Shown here piece after piece: positions 26,071 to 38,574 of a stretch of DNA of 64,000 bases; position 1 is the stretch's first letter, and each line of letters opens with the position of its first letter. The notes under the pieces were generated by a model. It did not search any database, was not told where the DNA came from, and saw only the letters and a list, made by a program, of their open reading frames with translations. A program made the translations under genes and the position numbers. The DNA is from Paraspadella gotoi (lineage: Eukaryota > Animalia > Chaetognatha). Location: assembly GCA_051294375.1 (NCBI GenBank), contig CM119269.1, forward strand, positions 18,340,471 to 18,404,470, written 5' to 3'.

Positions 26071-28890
26071 TTCTGCCTCCAGGCCCTTGGAAGTTTCCAC
26101 GCATGAGAGGTTTTCGAAGTAAGTCTTGGTCTTCGATCGTCCCACGAAAAAAAAACTGTCCATGGGAAAAAGGAAGAAAGAAAAGCTACGCACAGTGAAA
26201 AATCATTAAGAAGTGCCACAGTGAATCAGCGTCAAAAATGAAGAACTTTCACTATCTCTATTTCTCTTCTTTTTTTTGTCCAACTAAAGAATGTACACTA
26301 CTCCCTTCAAGATTCACATCATTCATTCTTCATCGCCATCTTTGAAAATGAATAAGTCGCCAAAACTTTGGACTAACAGTAGACCCAAAATCTAACTATG
26401 GAAGTACATCGAGTTAAATCAAAAAACCTGGCATGATGTTCACAAAGCAATAAAAAGTTTTTATAGATAGGCAAAATTGACTGAATAAGCGTAAAGGTTA
26501 GTACACAAAAAACGGCTTCCAAAATATGGCTAATTTTCTAAATACGAGTTTTCGCGATCTAGAACTGTCTTTTGTATGATTTTTTTCAGTGGATTTTTTC
26601 AACTTTTGTTTAACCAAAACTAATTTCTATTTCAGATAAAAAAATTTTCTATTAAAAAAACTTTTATAATTTAAATATAATATAATATAAAATGGTGATT
26701 AAAGGCGTTTTTGAAATTAAAGTGATCTGTTTTATCGAAATGAACTTAATGATTTTTCTTTGGTAAATATATCATCTAACTTTACAAGTTTTCTTAATAC
26801 CTCATAATTCAGCTTATATTTGTTGTAATTTATATTTTACATACTCATATTCTTTAACATGTCAATAGGTTGTTGTTTAATATAATGTAAATCCAGACGA
26901 CCAAAAGATAAGAGAGATATTGACTTTCGTCTCATCGTTAATCTATCCGCGATCATTCGGGATTTGTTTTCATCTTCCTATTTCTTCCATATTTATTCTG
27001 TGATTAATTGGACAGTCCGTGTTTTATAGTGATTATTATGAATGATTATTGTCTGATATAGATATTGCAGACAAGGCAAGACGTATGAACTCTGGAGATT
27101 TCGTATTACAGAGGTGAATTTCCAAGTAATATGAACCTTCGATATTTTATCATGCGGGATAAGTCGCGACCGAATTTTTTTAAAATTTATCTCGAATTTT
27201 ACTCATTATAATATAATATATATAATATTATTAATATTACGATTATATATATTGTTTGAGTTTAGAATAACGAAGGTTTAATTTCGTTCAGCAATGGAAC
27301 TCGAATTTTATTTAAAGTAAAATATGAAATTTTTAAATTTTTTTTATGAATCTCCGCGGCGTCAAATTTGTAATGGATCTGGCCGCGATCCAGAGAGAAA
27401 TCTCGATGGAAGTAAGCTTCACTATCCTTTGCCCTCTATTACCGCTGATGAAACGCATCGCCAACCTCGTCGATGGCGTCAGCGAAAAAATCGGCGTCGA
27501 AATGTCGCCGAATCTCGGTCTGAGCAGCTCGTTGTCGACTCGATACGATGACAGGACATTTGATGAAACTTACGGAGCTCGGCGATCCTTTGGCCGCAGA
27601 TGTTCATTCCATACAATTTAAATGCAATGAGAGCATCCTAACTTCCGCGATGAATTTCGAATCACGGCATCCACTAGTTTTATGTAAAAAATACCAAGTG
27701 CTTCGGTCCGAAACTCTCTGAGTTTCGCGATCTCCACCAGGAAAGGTCTGCCAGACGTCGGTCTCTAGGTGCGAATGATGGACGTTTCCAACATCGAGGG
27801 TTCTTGCAAAGCTTTCGACGGACGTAAGGATCCGGTGGAGCCTTCGGGACTGCTTTCATTGTGATTAGGGATCCTCGACTAGCGACGATGCCGTCGAACG
27901 TATTTTGGAAACGACGGATGTGCATCGCGTCCTTTCTCGAATATTGGCAGTGAGATTGGAAGTCCGGTTTCAACTTGTTTTACTTCTTCGTCTTTGCGTT
28001 TTTTGCTGCCACCGACTTCGCGAAGCCTTCCTTCGCCGTCTTTTGCGCCATCGGCGGCGACGAATAGGAACGGGAAGACGTAGCGCGCCAGCAATATTTT
28101 CGCCAAAGAAACTCGATCGCCCGAAAAGCCGTCTTCAGCGGGACTCCCCTTTCGGGTCTTTTGTTGACTCGTTGTCGTTTGTAAGAGAACGTAGAACGAT
28201 ATCGACAACTTCACGACGACCCAACACTATACCCTCTCCAAAATGCACGAGATGTTAGAGAAACTCTTCTTCAAAGAGGACTTGGCTTAGTCCCACGAGT
28301 CATCTTAGTGGACTGTAGCAATTTCCTCATCACCGCATGTAATTGTGGTTTTAAAGAATGATAATGATAGAGAAAATGGCAGATACTTCACATACTCATA
28401 ACAACAAATATTAAAATGAGTTGTTATTATTGTTCAAGTATTTTAATAGAAAAGCGAGTATTAATTAATAATTAAAATACATTTTTCTTTCATACCGGAG
28501 TTTCTCGTGACTCGTTAATGCTCATTTGCATATTCGAGTTAGCTGGTCCAGTGTACTAACCTTTGAGCATACTGTACTCGTCAGTCGAGGTTCGAATTAG
28601 CATTATATGCAGTGTGATCATATCTGCAAGGTTTTGAAAATCTGAGTTTAGCTTCTCGGTCCTAAAAACTTAACAGATAAAAAAAAAAAAGTTGCTGAAA
28701 ATAGAAACAATTTTCGGTGACTTTTTCATTTTCCAAGATGATAAATTTACCTTTTCTTAAAATTTATCGCTTCTTCTTTTTTCACTTTTTCACTTTCACG
28801 TGAGTTTAAATCGGTTTACAGTTTTTCGGTTTTAGAGTTTTTTTTTTCATTTACATGGAATCAAATCTTGAAGGAGACGCCCAATAAGGA
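24722..28890 (-). repeat. Segment F, inverted copy interrupted by a ~2.3-kb insertion
   Basis: 24722-26381 and 28690-28835 are the reverse complement of 29083-31029. The end up to 28890 matches 10210-10270. Confidence 0.85.
26382..28690. other. ~2.3-kb single-copy insertion in segment F, ending in an A-run; GC-richer core at 27340-28340
   Basis: The uninterrupted site reads ggactaacagta-aaagttgctgaaa (reverse complement of about 29223-29248). Here the two halves are separated. The right end reads taacagat-A12-gttgctgaaa. Confidence 0.65.
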
Positions 28891-28927
28891 CTGAAAGACG
28901 ACGGAGAGAGAGAGAGAGAGAGAGAGC

Positions 28928-28960
<33 letters not shown>

Positions 28961-29082
28961 GGAGAGAGAGAAAGAGATAAGAGAGACAGAGGGCGAAAGG
29001 TTCCCTCCAAAATTATGCTTTAGATAATTTTGACCTGAAAAGGCAAATTTCTCAGCANNNNNNNNNNNNNNNNNNNNNNNNN

Positions 29083-29995
29083 TAAAACCGAAAAAACTGT
29101 AAAAACCGATTTAAACTCACGTGAAAGTGAAAAAGTGAAAAAAGAAGAAGCGATAAATTTTAAGAAAAAGGTAAATTTTATCATCTTGGAAAATGAAAAA
29201 GTCACCGAAACTTGTTTTCTATTTTCAGCAACTTTTACTGTTAGTCCAAAGTTTTGGCGACTTATTCATTTTCAAAGATGGTAGATGAAGAAGTGAATGA
29301 TGTGAATCTTGAAAGGACGAGGAGCTGTACACTTCTTTAGTTGGACAAAAAAAAAGAGAGAGAATAGAGATAGTGCGAAAAGTTCTTCTTTTTTGACGCT
29401 GATTCACTCGTGGCACTTTCATTTAATGATTTTTCACTGTGCCGTAGCTCTTTCTTTCTTCCTCTTTTTCCCCACGTCAGTTTTCTCTTTTTTTTTTTCC
29501 GTTGGGAACCCGATCGAAGACCACCAGGTCCTTACTCTGCGAAACCGCTCCTCCATGCGTTCTGAAACTTCAAGGGCCCTGGAGCAGAAACGAGAATCGA
29601 GGACGACTCAACTCCGAGAGAGAGATGTCGCCGAGACAGGAGCGGAAGACGAGATTAGAGAGAGAGAGGAGATGAGAGTGAGAGCACGCAGAGAGATGAG
29701 AGAGAGAGAGAGAGAGACGAGAGAGAGAGGACAGTGATAGAGAGAAGGAGGCGCGGCTTTTGATATTGAAGCCTGGACGGAGAATAAAAGACTTGAAGGA
29801 CGAAAAAATTTAGAGGCGAAATGAAAAGGAATGAATGAAGGAATGAATTAAAAGACGCGAGTGAAGAAGTTGATGAATGAATCTTCTTTGGATCTTTGGA
29901 CCGACAATGAACTTGCGGGTGGTGAGGTCGACCAAGTTCATTTCTTTCTTTGTAACATTACGGTTTTCTTTCTTTCTTTCTTTCTCTCTTTCTTG

Positions 29996-30070
<75 letters not shown>

Positions 30071-31029
30071 TAATAATTTCTTTATTTCTTTCTTGTTTGC
30101 TATGTTTTTTGTTTCGTGGCATATTTTTTAGTCATTGCTTTTTTACTATGTATTTCTTTCTTTTTTCTTTCTATCACTCGTTCTTTCATTCGCTCTTTCT
30201 CTTTTCTTTCATAGGTTTTTCTCCTGCTCTCTCCCTTATAAACTCATTCCTTTTCAATTAAACCGATTGTAGTTTTTTATCTTTTTAAATTCGAGTAGCA
30301 AAGATGCCTCTTCATTTTACGACGTCGCACTTTTGCCACTTTTTCATTTTGCCACTTGTCGAGTGCCACCTTTTCGCCAGCTTTCTGCCATCGTTGAGAT
30401 TTCGTTTTGGCCTCCGGTCGACCCCCACTGGGTCTTCGTTGGCCCCGGGACCGGAGGTCGCCCTCGGGGGAATCCTGCATTTGACGCCTCCGCCTCGAGA
30501 CCGGTCTGGTCCGCGACGCTTGGACTTCCTTTCACTTTCTTCCACTTTTCCACCTCGTCCACCACTTTTCCACCTCGTACCACCACAAATAATAAGACCA
30601 CCACAAATAAAAAGACTACCTCTTAAGCCTCACTAGTCCGGGGTATTCTCTCATATTCCTACCTCAAATGTTATTGCCAATTTTCAACTCTATCCTTTCT
30701 ACTCCCTCTTATCTTATTTAACTTTCCACTGTGACTGCTTAGACCGAAAGACTGAACATGAAACAATTTCAACCATGGTTCACTCTCAAACTCCTTACTT
30801 CCCACGAATCCCTTGGCTGCAGTTGGGTCACACTGCAATCTCTGCATAAGAAAGAAGGACCGAGCGGGAGAGAGTCAGAGTGAGAGACCGCAAAAGTGGG
30901 GGGGTGGGGGACTGAGTTATTCAGTGAATGAGTAACTCGGGGAGTATGTGATTTTGTAAGTTAAAGAAATGCCCAGTTATAGAAATAGGTGAAAACGAGA
31001 CAATCAAAACAAAACACAGGCTTCACAAA
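29083..31029 (+). repeat. Segment F copy abutting the left edge of the Polinton; contains a (TTTC)n run at about 29966-30070
   Basis: Reverse complement of the F portions of 24722-28835. It starts right after a 25-N gap. Confidence 0.85.
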
Positions 31030-31099
31030 GGGTTAAGAGAGCGATAGATGAGAGAGAATGAGAAAGTTAGAAGTTTAGGTCGTTTTTTCACTATTTTGA

Positions 31100-31945
31100 T
31101 CTCTTTCCGTGTCGAGAAAAAGTGGCGGGCGAACTTCCGGATTCCGTAGGTTATGGCGAGGGTGGTGATGGTAAGAAGAAGAAAGAGACGACGAAAACGA
31201 TGGGGGGGCGTTGCGAATCTGAAAAATGCTCATGCAGTCGCTTTCATTGGGGGAGTGAGGTGAGAACTTTTGTTTTTCAAATATGTCATAATCGGCAATT
31301 GTTTCTCTTAGTATAAACTCGCAGTCTCTGCATGTTGTCTAAAATTCGAAAGTCGATTGTTTTACAGTCTCGTTCTTTACTTTTTCCAACGTTCCCCACT
31401 GAGACGCAACGCCCTGCCGTGTATCTCCTGAGCAGCAGTTGTGCCGGTCTTTTTTATACAGGATTAATTATATCTGCCACACCATTTGACCTTTTTTTTC
31501 TTTTCATAACCACCGCACCGAGCCTTGAGAACTTCTTTTGCCCTGATGGTGAATTTTTTGGTTTTCTCATTTGGCGCATTTTTAAATTAAATTAATTTTT
31601 AAACAGGGTTGATTGCTTTTTATAAGTTTTCCCCCTGGTCGCCTCTCCTTCTTATCCTCTTTTCCTTATCTTTAAGAGGGGGTGAAAAGGCGGTTAATTC
31701 TTCCGTCATACCGCGTCCACAGATTGACTTAAAGAGTCGCCACGAATGTCGTGCCGCAGCGCTCGGCTCTTACTCGCCGGGTAGTCAGGAGTAAATCGTT
31801 TTCATTATTTTTTTCCTGCGGCCGCGTCATCTTCCCTCGTCCCCATGAAAAGTAAAAAATAGCGACGAGGGCAATGGGACGAAGCAAGGTGGAGATTTCG
31901 TGGAGAGATTCGAATAGCTTCCGTTAAGTGATAAACGATCATTTT
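31100..31945 (-). CDS. One or two small hypothetical ORFs downstream of the major capsid gene (fragmented)
   Basis: From about 31942: a hydrophobic stretch ISTLLRPIALVAIFYFSW. From about 31579: a basic start MRQMRKPKNS and a later CRDCEFILRETIADYDIFEK. No family recognised. Confidence 0.25.
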
Positions 31946-31979
31946 ATTTGTTCGTCCGGCAAAAGAGTCGAGGGGGAGA

Positions 31980-33993
31980 CGTTAATTTGATCGGAAGGTT
32001 TCTACGAGAAACTTATCATGACAAAATATCGTCTGGGCCGGAATGAAAGCAATAATCAGTGATCCTCGGCAAATTGAGATTCCCTTAAATGGGAGGTTGA
32101 CAGGGATATAAGATATATGAGCTAATATTTTTTTTGCGTGATAAAAATTAAAAAAAGAAATAAAAACCATTCGGCACACTGTAAATTTGAGACATGGCGT
32201 AACCCTCTTTGGAATTGGACCAGTGTCGATGGCGTAATCACCTAGAAATGTTGGCGAGAATGACGGATGCCGTGTTGCGTATCTATTTCAGTTTTCCATA
32301 GAATCCTATTTTGGCCCGTGTTTTTTTAATAAGTGCTTAATAACGTTGACGGTGCGGGAAGTTCCACGAGTTTATGTTTTTCGCGACATGGTACCAAGGA
32401 GATTCCCGTTGTGGATGAAGTGTTCGAACGACATTGTTAGCGCGGCGACAATGTGACAATTCTTTCTGGGTAGAATAGGGCACCGTGATCTTTGTTAAAG
32501 CAGGGTGTACGGATAATATCTCCTAACGTTAGAGCGCATACGCTAAATCGCGTTCCCCTATGGCAAACTGTTCAGATAGAGAGATCTGAGGTAGCGGTGT
32601 TATTATTAGTGGGCGGGTTAGGACGAAAGTCACTTTTCGAGGCGATTCGCACGAGAGCAGTTAATCATTTTTTCGTTCGAACAGGATATCCGCCGGACCG
32701 TTTAGAAAATTCAAACCTCTATTCCGTTGTTACTGGGCAATATTTCGTTTTCGGCCGATAGAACTTTTAAAGTTTTTAAACCGTGGATATATCGAATCTG
32801 AAGTGGATTAGTTTTAGAAAAAATTTTCCCGCAAGGGTATACCCCGGTCGAAAGTGGGCGTGAAGGAGGGCTAGGCGATGGGTTTTTCACCGGGAAATCT
32901 GACGAAGGTAGTACATTTTCGTAATGGTGATCAGTTTTTCGTCCCGCTCGCTATGGTTGATGCTCGCAGCGTCGGTATTTGTCGTTGTAAACGCATATTT
33001 TGGTTTCATCAGTCTTCTCTCTATGTCCAGCTGAGATGGGACGGTAGAAACTCAGACCTTCTCTCGCAGATGAACGGGCTGCCATTCCGTTTCAAAATTC
33101 AACCTTAAAATGACCGATGGCCGTGGGCGCGCGCTGAGCGAGACAAAAAGGGTCGCCGTTCTCACAAAGTTAAGGACCGAAGTTACCTGACAGAAGGAGA
33201 GAGAGAGAGAGAGAGATGACAATTTTATATATTAACAAATATAATACTTGACATAACTTATTTTATTTAATATTACCTGACGGGAAATTAAAAACAGTCT
33301 GCTGTTTTGATTAAACATCCCGTGATTTACCGAAGACACCATCTGAACCAGAAGAACCGGCCGACCCAACAACATCGTGGCTCTGGTTGTTAAACCGCAC
33401 AGACGGCCTTCCGGCAGCGCCAGTCTGAGCTTGAATCCAGCGTCGAAGTTGTCATCCACCTTACCCGATGGAGAGGTTCCACTGACCTTTGCATTTTAGG
33501 ATTGGGCCATCGGAGCGAATAATTGAAAGCAAGTTTGTAAAGTAAGTAGGCAGCTAGTACGATCGCTCAGTTAAGGCCGAGTTGATTGTTGAAACGTCAC
33601 GGATTCCAGAACAATGGTGCGAGAGTCTCTGGAGGCGATGGAAAACTTGATGAACATAGGAGAGGGAATTCTTGTCGGTAATGGGCGGGTCTATCTGAGA
33701 GCCGTCCTATCTTACGTTATGGTTCAGATCGACGGACGTAAAAGGTAGAGTTCATTAGTCGCCAACAATTCCGAACACGGGGGTATCGACAGGCGATGAA
33801 CAGTTGTTTATTGATTATCGCGGATGTCCAAGGACCGTTCGTATGGAGAAATGACGTCGTAAATCGGGAACCATTTCGAATGCCTACGGCCTCGTTAACC
33901 TTTCCAAAACGTCGAGGGGCAGCTCTCTAACGCCACGCCTCACCCTGGGTTGACTTCCGGTCCGACGCGCGCGAGACGAGATTATCCGTCAAT
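31980..33993 (-). CDS. Major capsid protein (PY, double jelly-roll), frameshifted, with intron(s)
   Basis: Motifs: PLDV, LMNSTFYV..K.DGSQI, TYFTNLL.NYS, AGFKLR, HGMFNQ..RLFLI.RQ/V..LNFVR..DPFCL, LREKV.VS..DIERRL, G..SKTNPL...HGLKTLKV, AIDTGP, and a C-terminal VNL.FK...LIIAFIPAQTIF. The succession matches the Polinton MCP consensus. Confidence 0.8.
32122..32167 (-). other. Candidate second intron in the major capsid gene (46 nt)
   Basis: CCG AAT G|GTTTTTATTTC...AAAATATTAG|CT CAT. An extremely AT-rich insert in the C-terminal region; both splice signals are weak. Confidence 0.35.
33187..33276 (-). other. Predicted intron in the major capsid gene (90 nt), with a (TC)n polypyrimidine tract
   Basis: Minus strand reads CGT CAG|GTAATATTAAAT...TCTCTCTCTCTCTCTCTCCTTCTGTCAG|GTA ACT. 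It is AT-rich, contains an in-frame stop, and MCP similarity resumes directly after the acceptor. Confidence 0.8.
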
Positions 33994-33999
33994 TTTTCT

Positions 34000-34621
34000 T
34001 CTCTTAAATAAAATATTTTTAATCGAGGATTGATTCTTTTCTTTCTTCTCCTCTTTTGCCCTTTTACTTTTTAGAGATTACTTTTATATGTTTTTTGTCC
34101 TTCTTAGTCTTAGTCTTGGCCCGCGGTCCTCGCAGCGGAGAACGTCTCCGGACCGCTTCGAATGGGCTTTGCGTCAATTGATCCTTAAGTTATTTGACGC
34201 CCGGTCTCTTTTGGAACAGCCCTCTTATTGAGAGATTATTTTAGGTGACTAGTCCGGTAGAGAATGTCGTCAAGCGCTGGAGCACGCCCCGAAGATGAAT
34301 ATGTGCCGCAACTCTTGCCGTGCTGAAGCATAAGCATCCCATTGGTAACAGCTTTTAATGGTTTTTTGTCCACCGCTGGCGTCGTGGTGCCGCGTCTTTG
34401 GATGACCTGGTTTAAACGAGAGAGACGCTCTTTAAAGAATGGAGGACTCGGACAAGAACCGAGAAGAGCCAGGATCACAATTCCTTTCTCCGCCAGGTGG
34501 TCTATGATAATGGGTTGGAAGGGGGCTAGAAAGATGATCAGTGGGGGGTAAAATTTTCTCCCGGTCCGTGGGGAGCCGTCCTTCTGAAGGATATAGCGTT
34601 GGATTGTGTCTTTATATCCAT
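34000..34621 (-). CDS. PZ-like Polinton protein between the minor and major capsid genes, frameshifted
   Basis: ATG about 30 nt after the minor capsid stop. Reconstructed GGE(GIG)SWLFSVLVRVLHSLKSV amphipathic segment, LDDILY..SPK.SLNKRA, and a Lys-rich tail. Overlaps ORF 34236..34478. Confidence 0.5.
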
Positions 34622-34649
34622 GGTTCTTTTGTTTAAAATTCTTTGGAGT

Positions 34650-35817
34650 TTAGCGGCGAAAAGTGTAAGAGAGGCCCAGGTCAGTCCTTCCTAAAAAGTA
34701 AATAGAGAAAAGTGACGGCTTCTTTATAGATAACGGCGAAAAATATATCTATTTCCTTTACGATCAAATATTACTGGTGTGTCCATAGAAGTCTTGTGAT
34801 AACCATGTGTGATGAATTAATCTAAATGCGTAGTCTTAATCCGAATCATTCTCTCAAGTAGGACATGTGGCAAAGATTTCTCTACGGTGGCACCAGAACC
34901 GCGAGGTAGAGACGTTCAGTCGCGGCCTTTCTTCCTTTCGAGCAGCGGGGATTCGACTTTGAGCACACTACTAAATGTCGACGAGGTACGCCAAAGAATT
35001 TTTAAAAAAAATATTTAGTTGTGAATAGTATACAAGGAGACGCGTTTGCGCAAGCATTGTAATGTTGATGCGTCATATGCAATTTGCCAATCGTGGCATT
35101 TTTCGTACGCAGGCTTTTCACTGTCGTAATTTGTAGTGTCGCTAAAAATATCCTCGTCTCTTTGACCGTTTGACCTTTCGTGTCTATGTACTCGATATTC
35201 GTGAACTTCCCCCATTTTACTCTTCCGAGAGTCATCAGTTCGTTGTCGACCGTTGGGGGAATTGTCATTGCCCGAAATAGGTACAACATCAATGTACCGG
35301 TGTGAGTAGATATGTAACAAATTCCCATCCTTTAACTTGTAGTGATAGTGTTTTCTGTCGTTGTTATTGTAGAAGAAAAAAGGCGCCTTTTTTAGACGAG
35401 GGATTTGAGAGGCGATCACTTCGTTGAGAAGTCTCGCTCAAAAGATGCTACCCCTCGATAAAATGCCGCTTCCTGTATTTTTACGGTCGTCAAATAATCT
35501 AACCCCAACTGGCACTACTGGAACGAAGACCGGATTGTCGCGAGTCTACTGTTGTAGAGAAAATCAAAAAAAGGGGTTACGATAATTTCAAATCGGGGTT
35601 GTGAAGGATTCGAGATATAAGAATCATAACGTATTGAAAATATGCTAACAGAGCGCATTCCTAGTTTCCGGCCAGTCTTTAATTGGACGGGGTTCTGGCA
35701 ATTTATTCATAAAATCCCCGTTTTGTTATATCCGCAAAGAAGGATTTTCGCCTCGATCGACGTGCAGAAGAACATCATGACGTAAAATCGTATCCGCCCA
35801 AGAAGGTCGTCGACCAT
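34650..35817 (-). CDS. Minor capsid (penton/PX, single jelly-roll) protein, frameshifted, probably with an intron
   Basis: N-terminus FYVMM..S..FAD.NKT.DFMNKLPEP(V)QL...ECAL (cf. FYxTLPSN..FPxN...F...LP..I.L...WEVAL). Middle LLNEVIASQ..FFYN. C-terminus QDFYG.PVIFD/..L(H)FRR-stop. Confidence 0.75.
34691..34761 (-). other. Predicted intron in the minor capsid gene (about 71 nt)
   Basis: Minus strand reads TTT GAT C|GTAAAGG...TTTCTCTATTTACTTTTTAG|GA AGG ACT. It separates PVIFD from the terminal LHFRR-like motif, which are normally about 8 residues apart. The acceptor is strong; the exact donor is uncertain. Confidence 0.55.
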
Positions 35818-35899
35818 TCTCTTTGCTCTTGCCAAGTGCCACGATCCGAATCGCTGATTTCCCGAAAGTACTTCCGATAGACTGCTCCGGATCCGCGAT

Positions 35900-37132
35900 T
35901 ACCGACCCGATCTTAATTTCCGGCCACCAGCCCGGTGTACCTTTTTTTCCAGCCGTCTTTACTAACAAAATAACGGTTTCTGTTTTAACCGATTTAGGCG
36001 CTTCCGCGGGGGACGGAAGTTGGATGGCGTAGTAGGTTTTAGGAGAAATTTTTCCAAACTTTGAGTAGTGAAAGGGCGTTGTTTTTGTACTTTTTATACG
36101 CGAAATTTATCTTTCGTTTCTTTGGGGTAACCGCCTGAGAAACAAAAGCTGTTCACTTCTACTTAAATAGTTCGTGTTGACCAAGTTGACCACTTGAAAA
36201 CGTGGGAGTTCTGTGAAGGGCTAAGCGGGCTCTGAGATCTCCGTCGCGCTGTTTAAAAATATTATCGACCCTTCAAGAATTCTCTCGTCTCTTAGGTTTA
36301 TGGGCGCAGAGGAGGCGGGAGAAGAGCACGGAAAAGAACCCGGTGCGACTCATATCGGCGTCGGGTCGCATTGCGGAGTGTGTGCCGCTGCTGGTTGATA
36401 CGGGCGTTGTAAGCCATGGGATTGCACATATGGTAGAGGCTACTGTGGCAAAGGCAATTCCCAATCTGACATGGCGTACATGACCTTCGTATAGGGATAA
36501 GCATTCTATGGTTTGAGTTAAAGAAGATTTCGCCAATGGAGATTTGTTTTCCGAGTCGAATGGGATAAATTGGGTTTTATTTCGTAATCTTTTCAACATC
36601 ATTTGGCAAGAGGCGCCGCTGTCACTCCATGTCCTTTCGGGCATCAGCTATCACTCACCACTTCGGGGGCGTGAAAGTCGCTTGGATTCGATTGATGGAG
36701 GCGAATGCTCCCCGCGAATACCTTCCGGCGGCTGCTCTTATGTCTTCAAAAGGAAGTGCCAAAACCCATTTGAAAGAGTGCCATCGACCACGGGCAGAAA
36801 TGAATGTAGGCGTAAAACCGATATTCGCGTGGCGCTTTGGACGCGGTCTGTCAATGGCTTGGGCGTCCGACCAGGTCTATGGCAAATTCTGAGTTTTCTC
36901 CTTAAAAAAACGTAATAGCTTTCTAAACGAGTTTTTTTTGGGCGGTGCGATTTATGTAATCCGGTGTAAACTCCTTTGGCGCTCTTAAAAATTGCTGCCA
37001 CGTCACGACTTTAGAAATTGAACCATCCTTTTCGACGAGCGCTTGAAGAAGCTCGCCTGAAGATCGAGAATCCTGCCTGGTGTTTGGTCGTAAATAGTAT
37101 GGTCGCAAATGACGTTAATAACTTATCTTCAT
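35900..37132 (-). CDS. Retroviral-like (rve/c-int) integrase with C-terminal chromodomain, frameshifted
   Basis: Motifs in order: PYYLRPN..SSGELLQAL, VYT(G)LHK..KKTR, EFAIDLV(D) (first catalytic D), VVD.TLS(K)WVLALPLKT, PERTWSDSG (second D), ENKSPLA, AYNAR..HSAMRP, GDL.RLALHRTPTF, WS.ELFK, and YYAI...RYFV..GWKKRY (chromodomain-like). Confidence 0.85.
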
Positions 37133-37139
37133 AGTCCGA

Positions 37140-38170
37140 CGTAGTCGACTTGATTGACGGTGCTGGGACGTTTGTTAGTCTGCTTCCTTCCTTTTTTGTG
37201 CATCTTCCAAAAGAATAGGTTGGTTGGAGATAGCCGATTATACTCGGTGATCGACCGTCTTCTTTCTAAAAGACGCTTGTCTTAGGGGGAAAGGAATGTC
37301 GGGGCTTTGATTTTTTTGTTTGTCCACAATGGGATAACATTTTGTTTTTAGGAACTGTCTAATTTTTTTTTTATTTCCTTGTTGTTTGTTGTTTGCGAAT
37401 CTAAGGGAAAACTGATGGCGTTTAGTTAGGTCTGACTGCCGGATGAGGTTGTAAGCGTGGGTTAGTCGATGAATGGATTGAGGATTTGGGTTTATGCCCC
37501 AGGGATTGTGGATGAATCTATTGACGCGTTGCGGTATGGCGACTGTCGAGCTTCGGTTCTTGGAGGGGGGGGAAGAAAGGCTGCGGTTATCCTTCACTTT
37601 CTGAACCTTTTCAACACGAGAAAGAGGGTAATTTTGTAATTTGATGCCGGGCAGTGAATTGCTTTCGTGTGGTGAAAGATGATCCCGCAATATCCTCCAA
37701 ATCCCGACTCCGATGTTTTGTCCACAAAAACTCTGAGGCCTTTTCCGTTTTAATATCCCTCGTGTAACGATACATTTCATGTCTTTTATTTGGGTCTTTG
37801 TTGCAGTAAGAGTTCTGGACTTTCGTCTATCACATTATTCTATTACGGAGGACGATTCTTGACTCAACATGGCGCTTCCAATCCCTTTCGGACCAGGTTT
37901 TTCCGCAAGTTTTTTTGAATTTGAGAAACAAATCGCTATTGTGAGTCTAATCATTATATGTGATCTTCCACCTGGATAGGCGTGTGTCTTTGGGTGGAAT
38001 CGGTGCGTGGCCGGGGGCTTGGACTTTCCTGTTTGACGCATCTGTGATTAGGGGTAGGAGAGGATGAGCGGGGGATAGAATACTTCAAATCGCGAAGATT
38101 TGTTTTCGGATAACGAATAAATCCGGGGTTGGCGTATTTCGTACGGTGTCTTGGCGTGTCGATGGTTTGG
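37140..38170 (-). CDS. Hypothetical Polinton protein between the PW-like gene and the integrase (fragmented)
   Basis: Coding-like complexity with co-oriented ORF fragments 38048..38266, 37835..38041 and 37238..37780 (180 aa). No motif recognised; the call is positional only. Confidence 0.35.
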
Positions 38171-38574
38171 CGAAGTCTGATTTTTTTTTCCTTTTTTGGC
38201 CGATGGCTTCGACGATGAGACTAATTCATGGTAGCACAGCCAAAACGGATAAAAAGTTCCTAACATTCCACCAGTCTGGACATGTTGTTTTCCTTCTCTT
38301 TCATAGGTAAGCTTCTAATGAGAGAGCGTGTATTTGCTTTTATACGGCTCTCAAAAGAATTAGTTGCTGCTTGAATAGGGCAGTGTTGCTGTTTTAAACA
38401 TATGTTAAACATATTCCGACATCAAAGTACACGCGTCGTTGTGATTTTATTTAGAAACGCCGTAAATAAGCCTTTGATGGTCATGCTCATCGTAGTTTGT
38501 TAAATTTTTTTCCAGGACGCGGAAGTTGGCGGGGCGACAACGCTCTCTGCGGCGGCGTTGTTCTCGTGGCACAT
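38170..38574 (-). CDS. PW-like small basic (core-like) Polinton protein, frameshifted
   Basis: Arg-rich start (REQRRRRERCRPANFRVLEK), a central FNICLK segment, then QTGGMLGTF(L)SVLAVLP..LIVEAIGQKRKKK. This matches the QxGG plus amphipathic tail pattern of the small protein that follows the ATPase in Polintons. Confidence 0.6.

Noticed and set aside
31700-32100. Adenain-like protease downstream of the MCP (IFYFSWG and SICG fragments)
   Set aside because: There is no convincing HW, FDSxG or Q..CG series in order, and the upstream part fits the MCP C-terminus better.
35549-35579. Possible 31-nt GT-AG micro-intron in the minor capsid gene
   Set aside because: It is very short and lies in a poorly conserved region where restoring the frame cannot be tested by eye.
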